64,000 bases of DNA from the IMG/VR virus record IMGVR_UViG_3300037601_000035; one strand, written 5' to 3'. A program made the translations under genes and the position numbers. Shown here one piece after another: positions 57,718 through 64,000 of this stretch; the first letter of the stretch is position 1; each line of letters starts with the position of its first letter. The notes below the pieces were generated by a model that saw nothing but the letters and a program-made list of their open reading frames with translations, did not search any database and was not told the origin of the DNA. This stretch comes from an uncultured virus (IMG/VR IMGVR_UViG_3300037601_000035). Taxonomy: Duplodnaviria; Heunggongvirae; Uroviricota; Caudoviricetes.

Positions 57718-57898
57718 AATAATTCTAGAAGATTCTTATAGAGTCTATTATGGACAATTATTTGTAGCAGATGGAAAAATTATAAGATGCGATATTATGG
57801 GAACGGTAGCAGATCTTAAAGAAAAATTAAATGCGAAAGAAATTAAAAACTGTGATATAAGTTCTAGGTACACTAATCAATTAAAAAAAGAAAAATAA
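57701..57898 (+). CDS. Hypothetical protein
   Basis: GGAG RBS. Confidence 0.6.
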   Translation: MEKLNEIILEDSYRVYYGQLFVADGKIIRCDIMGTVADLKEKLNAKEIKNCDISSRYTNQLKKEK

Positions 57899-57905
57899 TA
57901 GTTGT

Positions 57906-58169
57906 ATGAGTATTAATGATAAAAATGATTTAATAAAATCTGTTCTAAAACTAATTGATAAAAAACAAATAACTTTAAATACAATGATTTGGAAAGTGTT
58001 TACTTCATTTGTATTTGCTCATATTTATACATTTCTTGCAGTTGCTTTAAATAAAGAACATTCTATAGCATTTTGGGTATTCTGGGGAATGGGCGCACTA
58101 TTAGTATTAGTAAGATTATTGATGGCAAGTTTAATATTGTGGGTGCAAATAAATTATGGAAAAAATTAG
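57906..58169 (+). CDS. Two-TM protein
   Basis: Hydrophobic segments. Confidence 0.55.
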   Translation: MSINDKNDLIKSVLKLIDKKQITLNTMIWKVFTSFVFAHIYTFLAVALNKEHSIAFWVFWGMGALLVLVRLLMASLILWVQINYGKN

Positions 58170-58178
58170 AGATAAAAA

Positions 58179-58646
58179 ATGAAAATATTATTAACACGAG
58201 AAGATTTACTTGATATAGATAAAGATATAGAAGATATACAACTATCTGATTTTAAATCCTGGTCTCCAGATACAAAGACAGTAATTAATGCTGATATTAT
58301 AACATTTGTAGATGACAATGGTGAAACTAAAGATTTAAAACATAGGTGGAAAACTAACCCAGATATGGAATTTTTTAGAACCGTAGTAGAAGGTTATGAA
58401 GGTAAATATAATTTTTCATGTTTTAAAAATACAGAACCTATAGAAATTGGAGATTATTTTCTAATGTTTTTTGGTGGTATAGCAGATGTTCAAATATGTG
58501 ACTCAGAATCTATCAAAGAAGAAATTAATAAAAATGATAGGCAGTCGTCAGGACTTGGCGATTTTGTCACAGGTTTTTGGAGAAATTGTTATAAAATTGA
58601 ACAGACAGATTTTAATATCGAAGACAAAGTTTCGCAAGAACAATAA
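58179..58646 (+). CDS. Hypothetical protein
   Basis: ORF in operon. Confidence 0.6.
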   Translation: MKILLTREDLLDIDKDIEDIQLSDFKSWSPDTKTVINADIITFVDDNGETKDLKHRWKTNPDMEFFRTVVEGYEGKYNFSCFKNTEPIEIGDYFLMFFGGIADVQICDSESIKEEINKNDRQSSGLGDFVTGFWRNCYKIEQTDFNIEDKVSQEQ

Positions 58647-58680
58647 AATCAAAAAGAATGGTAAAAATTAAGGGATTTTT

Positions 58681-59163
58681 ATGGGAATAACTAAACCACC
58701 AAGAAAGGGACCATCTTTGAAATATATCCAATTAATGGAAAAAATATTTCATAAAAAAGAAACTTGTTCATTTAGAACAAATAAGTATAAAGAATGGGAA
58801 GAAAAATACGAAAAAAATAAACGATCTTTAATAAATTTCCAAAATAAAATAGAAGTTCTTTTAGCAGATCTTTATTATGAAGAATATCTATCTTTACAAG
58901 AATCTTCTTTAAGTCAATTGGAAAAAATTGAAATTTTAGAAAGTATTTTAAAGGATTCATTATCTAAAGAATATGAAGAAGAAAAGAAAATACTGAAATC
59001 TAATAAATCAAATCAAAAAGGTTTATTTAATTTGTTGCTTGAAGATGATTTTAATTTTAATAAATTTTTATATTTTAGAACATTCATTGATGAAGTAACA
59101 GATAAAAAGATTTTAAAGGACTATGGAAAACCTGACGAATTACACCCAAGAAAAATAAAATAA
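58681..59163 (+). CDS. Paralog family B protein
   Basis: FQNKIEVLLADLYYEEYLSL..LEKIEIL. Confidence 0.6.
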   Translation: MGITKPPRKGPSLKYIQLMEKIFHKKETCSFRTNKYKEWEEKYEKNKRSLINFQNKIEVLLADLYYEEYLSLQESSLSQLEKIEILESILKDSLSKEYEEEKKILKSNKSNQKGLFNLLLEDDFNFNKFLYFRTFIDEVTDKKILKDYGKPDELHPRKIK

Positions 59164-59567
59164 TGAATATTTTTAAAATAGAAGAAATACAAAATAAAAT
59201 AAATTTTTTAATAACTGAGTTATCTAAACCTACTTCAACAGAAAAAGAAAATCTTAGAATTATTTGTAAAGAATTTATAGAAAATCTTATTGTATATTTA
59301 AATGTATCAAAAAATCCAGAGTTAAATATTTATTCATTAGATGAAGAATGTATTTGTATTTCTGCATGGTTAGATTGTGTCGAAGTAAATGCTGAATTAT
59401 TCTCGTTTGAAAAAGAACCTGAAGTAGAATTAATAGTTAGAGCAACACAAGGAAGACATATTGAAAATGAATTTAAAGAAGGATATTTTAAAAGTATAAA
59501 TAGAAAACAATTTAAAGAATTATTTGATTTTATATCAATAGAAATTAATAAACATATAGGAGATTAA
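59163..59567 (+). CDS. Hypothetical protein, paralog of 20184
   Basis: KEFIENL..IYSLDEECICIS. Confidence 0.65.
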   Translation: MNIFKIEEIQNKINFLITELSKPTSTEKENLRIICKEFIENLIVYLNVSKNPELNIYSLDEECICISAWLDCVEVNAELFSFEKEPEVELIVRATQGRHIENEFKEGYFKSINRKQFKELFDFISIEINKHIGD

Positions 59568-59568
59568 C

Positions 59569-60330
59569 ATGTTAACAATAGACTTAGAACAGAAATTATT
59601 AAAAATGAGAGAGAAAGAAACTGAAGAAAGTTCTTTTATAGTAGAACATTTTAAAGATGTTTTAGAAGATGCAGTAGAAGAAGATAAAGAGATTTTGTCT
59701 GAAGCAGGTTTTTCTTTTTCTCATTATGAGAAAGCAAAAGAAAATACTGAAAGAAAATTTGGTAAAAATTTAGATACTAAAAGAATTTTTAGTAAATCAG
59801 AAATTAAAAAGCTTTGTTTAAATTATAATTTAAGATTTGTTGAAACTCAATATTATAAAGGAACTATCCCACCAGAGCTTCCTCAAAAAATAAAAGAAGC
59901 AAAAGAAAATATTGGAACAGATATTAACCATGATGATTACTTTATAGTTGCTCCTCTGAATTCTTTAAAACTGGAAAAAGAACCAAAGGATCCTTTAATG
60001 TTTATAAAATTAACCGATGAATTTTATTATTTAGTTCATAAATGGGGAAATGATCTTTCTATAACAAATAGAATTTCAGGATTTATTGATAGTGGATATT
60101 TAATGAGATATTTTCTATTATTTGTTCCTTTACTTATTCTTATTGCATCAATACTAGGAACTATGGGAATTATTCCTTATATAATTTCTTATGAGGATAT
60201 ATTGATAAAAAGAATAGCAGGAAACGTAGGTTTCAGTTTAATAGGGTTATTAATTGTAGGATATATCACATATTTCATAGGATCAGATCCTGAAATATAT
60301 CATAGAAGGTGGAACACTCATTATGAATAA
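59569..60330 (+). CDS. Conserved membrane protein
   Basis: IKKLCLNYNLRF..YKG.IP..DPLMF..YYLVHKWGNDL plus two TMs. Confidence 0.7.
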   Translation: MLTIDLEQKLLKMREKETEESSFIVEHFKDVLEDAVEEDKEILSEAGFSFSHYEKAKENTERKFGKNLDTKRIFSKSEIKKLCLNYNLRFVETQYYKGTIPPELPQKIKEAKENIGTDINHDDYFIVAPLNSLKLEKEPKDPLMFIKLTDEFYYLVHKWGNDLSITNRISGFIDSGYLMRYFLLFVPLLILIASILGTMGIIPYIISYEDILIKRIAGNVGFSLIGLLIVGYITYFIGSDPEIYHRRWNTHYE

Positions 60331-60712
60331 AAAATATATTGAAATAAAAGATTGGAAAGATTTTGTCGACACTCCAGGTGAATATGAAATTGTTTTTGCT
60401 GATGGTGTTTTAGAGAAGTATATCGAAAAAATTAAAAATGGAATGGCATTTTTATATAATGATCCAGACGCTGCACAATACGGTGCACTGTTAAAAACAT
60501 GCGGTACTTTAAAATTTTACGGAGATTCAACACAAAAAGAAAGTACCCATTTAGAACTTGAAATATTTGAAAATCTTCCTACTACTGAAATTCTTTCTAA
60601 TTTAAAAGATATTAGAGAAAGAATGAAACTTTTTGTGTATGCAAGTGCAGAAGAAGGTATTTATAGAATTAATTACATTCGTAATATGTATATAAATTTT
60701 TATGAAAATTGA
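60323..60712 (+). CDS. Hypothetical protein
   Basis: Coupled ORF. Confidence 0.6.
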   Translation: MNKKYIEIKDWKDFVDTPGEYEIVFADGVLEKYIEKIKNGMAFLYNDPDAAQYGALLKTCGTLKFYGDSTQKESTHLELEIFENLPTTEILSNLKDIRERMKLFVYASAEEGIYRINYIRNMYINFYEN

Positions 60713-60870
60713 TATGAAAAAAGGATAAAAAATGATAGAAAGAATTTCAAGCAAGTAATATTACAAATGCTGTCTTGCTGGATATAAACCATATCAAATT
60801 GCTCCATTTTTTCAAAGTGCTATAGAAGTTGAAAATATTTATTTACCACAAAGATTTTGGGAGGTCCTGA

Positions 60871-61335
60871 ATGGACAGTAAAACTAAATGGGAAGAAATT
60901 TCTGATGCTAACCAAAAGTATCACGACCTTAAAGATGATTACATGAAGGTACAATTAGAATTGAATGGACATAGTTCAATTAGAGAAGATAGAGAAGCCT
61001 TTGGTGAGTTTATTTCAAATAAGCGTAGAGTAAATAAAAAACGAAAAGATTTAGAAGAGATAATTTTAAATAATATTGATGAACTACTTGAAAAAGGAAA
61101 GTATTACAGCTTCAGATTTAAGTATAATCAAATGAACATATACTACATACATCTTAGAAATTTTGACAAAGATAATCGTATATTATCTGGTGACATTTAT
61201 GAATTCACAAGAGATCAAAAAACTATGACATTCTTTAGAGAGGCTAAGTTTGTCCCAGGTGAAACCTTTTTACATGAAATATCAAAACAAAGATTTAACT
61301 ATATGTATGATAATCACGAGTTAATAATTCCTTAA
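60871..61335 (+). CDS. Hypothetical protein
   Basis: GGAGG RBS; stop overlaps convergent gene. Confidence 0.6.
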   Translation: MDSKTKWEEISDANQKYHDLKDDYMKVQLELNGHSSIREDREAFGEFISNKRRVNKKRKDLEEIILNNIDELLEKGKYYSFRFKYNQMNIYYIHLRNFDKDNRILSGDIYEFTRDQKTMTFFREAKFVPGETFLHEISKQRFNYMYDNHELIIP

Positions 61336-61631
61336 ATAACTAGAACAAATCCAGTAGAACTTACGTAATCTACTTTATAGTGCAAATTAAATTTTTCTTC
61401 CATCAAAGAAATTACTTCTTCAATTATTTCATTTGCTTCTACCTTTGGAATATTAGGAGAAGTAAATCCTATATCTAGTTTAGTTCCTACATTAAATCTT
61501 TCATCTTCTTCAATAGAAACTTTATTTAATTCTTCTAATATTTCTTCTTCTGTTATTTTTCTTTCTGATCTTTCTTGATAAAAATCTTCATTTACTGAAA
61601 AATCTTTAAAATTTTTATATAGTTTTTCCAT
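61332..61631 (-). CDS. Probable internal head protein
   Basis: MEKLYKNFKDFSVNED motif. Confidence 0.6.
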   Translation of the reverse strand: MEKLYKNFKDFSVNEDFYQERSERKITEEEILEELNKVSIEEDERFNVGTKLDIGFTSPNIPKVEANEIIEEVISLMEEKFNLHYKVDYVSSTGFVLVI

Positions 61632-61632
61632 G

Positions 61633-63312
61633 TTATCTTCTATTTCTTATTTGTGTTACTAAACTTTTATTTTTAATTCTATTTGAATTCTTTTCGACTT
61701 CTTTATTAAATGTAATATTTAAAGATGAAGGTAAATTTTCTGAAAGATCTTCTAAGTAAGTTACTCCAGTATCATCAGTCCATCCACCTCTAATTATAGG
61801 ATAATCTTTTTTACCTATTTGAATGTCTCCCATTTCAGTAATATAAGTATCATCATTTACTGAATAATTAGCAGGATCTTCTTTAAAATAAACATTTACT
61901 GAATCTACTCCGTCTACATATTCAATCATTGCAATTATATCAGATTTAGGAATAGTATCTCTTCGAGTATAATTAATAAAATAATCAGAAAGCTGATCAA
62001 TAATATTTGTTCTAATTAATTCTTTAGAATGTCCTTTAAAGTAATTAATAATTACATGTAATGTGAACTTCTTAATAGTAGGTTGAATTATTTCAAATTC
62101 TGTTCCTATCATTACTTGTCCAGATCCTTCAATAGTTTCTAATAACTGAGTAGTCTCTTGTCCTGTCATTAAAAATGAACTCAAAGGAGCAGTAAAATAA
62201 TTGTACTTAGGAGAAATTCTTAATGATAAATTAGGAATTAAGAACATATAAACAACATTATCGTCATCTAAATTATCATCTTCAAATGTATTAAATACAT
62301 CTACAGTAGAAAAATAATTCATTCTATTTAAATAAGATTCATAAGCATCTGTATTTGAAAGAACAAATGATCTTGAGTGTTTAGGTCCTGAAATTACAGT
62401 TACGTCTATAGGTTCTGGATTAGATCCTAATACTAAACCTTCTTGTGCTTCTACACTTAAATATTCATTTAAATCTATAGAATTTCCTTGATTATCAAAA
62501 CCTTCGTCTACAAATTCAAATCTTAAATCTCTAGCATCTATAATATTTCCAGCAGATCCTGAATTTTTAATATATGAAACAGAAATAGTAGCTCCTGGGG
62601 GTGGTGGAGTTCCATTGTAAAGAGTTCCAAAAAATATATCTATTCCTCCTCCTACAGAAGTTCTAACTTGATAACCAAGTTCTCCTAAAGGAATATCATT
62701 TAATCCATAATATCTTTTACTTACTAACCCGTTTACTTTTACTACTAAACTATCTAAATCTACAAAGTCAGAAAATCTTTCATTTATTCTAAAACTTTGT
62801 AATGATAATCCAGTTCCTGTAAAAGTTTGTTCAAATATTTCACCTTGAATAAGTTTTACGGAAATCGTTTTTTCTTTATCATTTGAATAAAAACGTATTT
62901 CGGAATTCGATTGTGTTAAATAATATAAATTATTAGCAGGACAAAAAACTCTTGTATAATTAGGAAGTATTATTTGATTTACTTGAGAATCTAAAGGTTG
63001 CTTTCCGTTATATCTTATTGTTGCTAAACCTGAAGCAGATGTAGCGTTTTTAGGTTGATAACCAGTTAAAGCAATTAATCCTCTTTTAGAAGAAGATCTA
63101 GAAGCAGAATTAATATTGTTTTCTGAAATAGCATCTTCAATATAATAAAAAACTTTCTCTGTTAACCCTACTACTGCAGTAAGAATTTGTCCAAACGGAG
63201 AAGCAGGAGTATATGTCTTATTATTTTGATTATGAACTTCAGTTAAATACGTTCTTGCGTCAGAAAGTAATTCACTAAACTTGATTCTTGATTCTTTAAA
63301 TATTTGTTTCAT
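61633..63312 (-). CDS. Baseplate wedge subunit (T4 gp6/baseplate J-like)
   Basis: ASPFGQIL, ALTGYQP, IFFG..GTPP, GSAGNI, GSNPEP, IEYVDGVDSVNV. Confidence 0.85.
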   Translation of the reverse strand: MKQIFKESRIKFSELLSDARTYLTEVHNQNNKTYTPASPFGQILTAVVGLTEKVFYYIEDAISENNINSASRSSSKRGLIALTGYQPKNATSASGLATIRYNGKQPLDSQVNQIILPNYTRVFCPANNLYYLTQSNSEIRFYSNDKEKTISVKLIQGEIFEQTFTGTGLSLQSFRINERFSDFVDLDSLVVKVNGLVSKRYYGLNDIPLGELGYQVRTSVGGGIDIFFGTLYNGTPPPPGATISVSYIKNSGSAGNIIDARDLRFEFVDEGFDNQGNSIDLNEYLSVEAQEGLVLGSNPEPIDVTVISGPKHSRSFVLSNTDAYESYLNRMNYFSTVDVFNTFEDDNLDDDNVVYMFLIPNLSLRISPKYNYFTAPLSSFLMTGQETTQLLETIEGSGQVMIGTEFEIIQPTIKKFTLHVIINYFKGHSKELIRTNIIDQLSDYFINYTRRDTIPKSDIIAMIEYVDGVDSVNVYFKEDPANYSVNDDTYITEMGDIQIGKKDYPIIRGGWTDDTGVTYLEDLSENLPSSLNITFNKEVEKNSNRIKNKSLVTQIRNRR

Positions 63313-63335
63313 TTATTTTCTTTTTAATATTCTAC

Positions 63336-64000
63336 TTATAGAATTTTTTCAACTGAAATATCAGCATCATATAATAGAGCTTTAAAATCGTCCATTTGTC
63401 CTAAAGACTGAACGGTTAACTCGTTTGATTTTCTACGATAAACATCTATATAAGTTCGAGCAGGTCCAGTAACAACACCAAAGACGTATTTTTCATCTTC
63501 TGTTAATTCTAAAATAGTTGTTCCTCCTATTCTAGTACATGTTGCAAGACTTACTCTATCAGGAGAACCGTTTTTATTCCAAGTTCTCATTATATCTATA
63601 GGAGTACTTGCAGATCCTAACATTTTTACTAATGAAGCAGATGCAGTTCCTAAACCAGTTTTGATTGTATATGATCCGCCTCCACTTAATTTAAATAAAC
63701 CAATTCCAGCGTGACCTAAATCATTTGTTGTATAATTTACAACCGGACTAAATGCTTCATTAAACATTACAAAATCAATTCCAACGTTTGTAGATATTGA
63801 ATATTTAGCAGTTTCTTCTGGTACTAATACAATACCACCAGTTAAATCTCCATGAGAAATTGCGCCTAAATCAGAATCTAAAATTTCTTCTCCTACTGAT
63901 CTATATCTAATTCCAGCAGCCGCAGCATTTGAAAACGTATTATAGTTTAAAATACCTGCTTGAATATCTTCATTTGTTCCTGATTGAATAGTACTTAAAT
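63336..64000 (-). CDS. C-terminal part of a probable virion protein (start outside window)
   Basis: Frame stays open from 63767 to the window end; G/T/S-rich. Confidence 0.65.
   Translation of the reverse strand, partial: LSTIQSGTNEDIQAGILNYNTFSNAAAAGIRYRSVGEEILDSDLGAISHGDLTGGIVLVPEETAKYSISTNVGIDFVMFNEAFSPVVNYTTNDLGHAGIGLFKLSGGGSYTIKTGLGTASASLVKMLGSASTPIDIMRTWNKNGSPDRVSLATCTRIGGTTILELTEDEKYVFGVVTGPARTYIDVYRRKSNELTVQSLGQMDDFKALLYDADISVEKIL

Noticed and set aside
554..58960. Short antisense or alternative-frame ORFs in the track (e.g. 554, 1483, 8873, 10680, 32162, 57195, 58486)
   Set aside because: They overlap better-supported genes, lack RBSs and show shadow-frame composition
1..64000. Stop-codon reassignment as in some jumbo phages
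   Set aside because: Long conserved genes are intact in code 11, and TAG and TGA end genes cleanly (e.g. 38807, 53359, ATGA overlaps)

Overview
64-kb segment of a very AT-rich, large (jumbo-type) contractile-tailed phage genome read in the standard genetic code. Two leftward late/structural blocks (1-16249 and 61332-64000) encode a gp5-like baseplate spike, two paralogous >1100-aa tail sheaths, a tube-like protein, a gp6-like baseplate wedge, other probable virion proteins and about 13 small proteins with a T4-like N-terminal capsid-targeting motif. A short leftward operon with a DinG-like helicase lies at 16319-20095. A ~41-kb rightward early/middle island (20184-61335) holds about 90 mostly small genes, many in paralog families. 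It also encodes a tmRNA (tag DETQYASLAA), an ADP-ribosyltransferase-fold protein, PspA, a NadR-like kinase, a free-standing ValRS C-terminal arm, a Panacea-like protein, two AAA ATPases and a NadM-Nudix + NadV NAD salvage pair. Three distinct repeated promoter-like motifs can be read directly from the DNA. Highlights: (1) NMNAT-Nudix fused to two Fis-type HTHs, a candidate NAD-sensing regulator; (2) the capsid-targeting motif family; (3) a nine-member early paralog domain; (4) a late-promoter motif inside an RBS-occluding hairpin. All functional calls come from motif recognition by eye; no searches were run.
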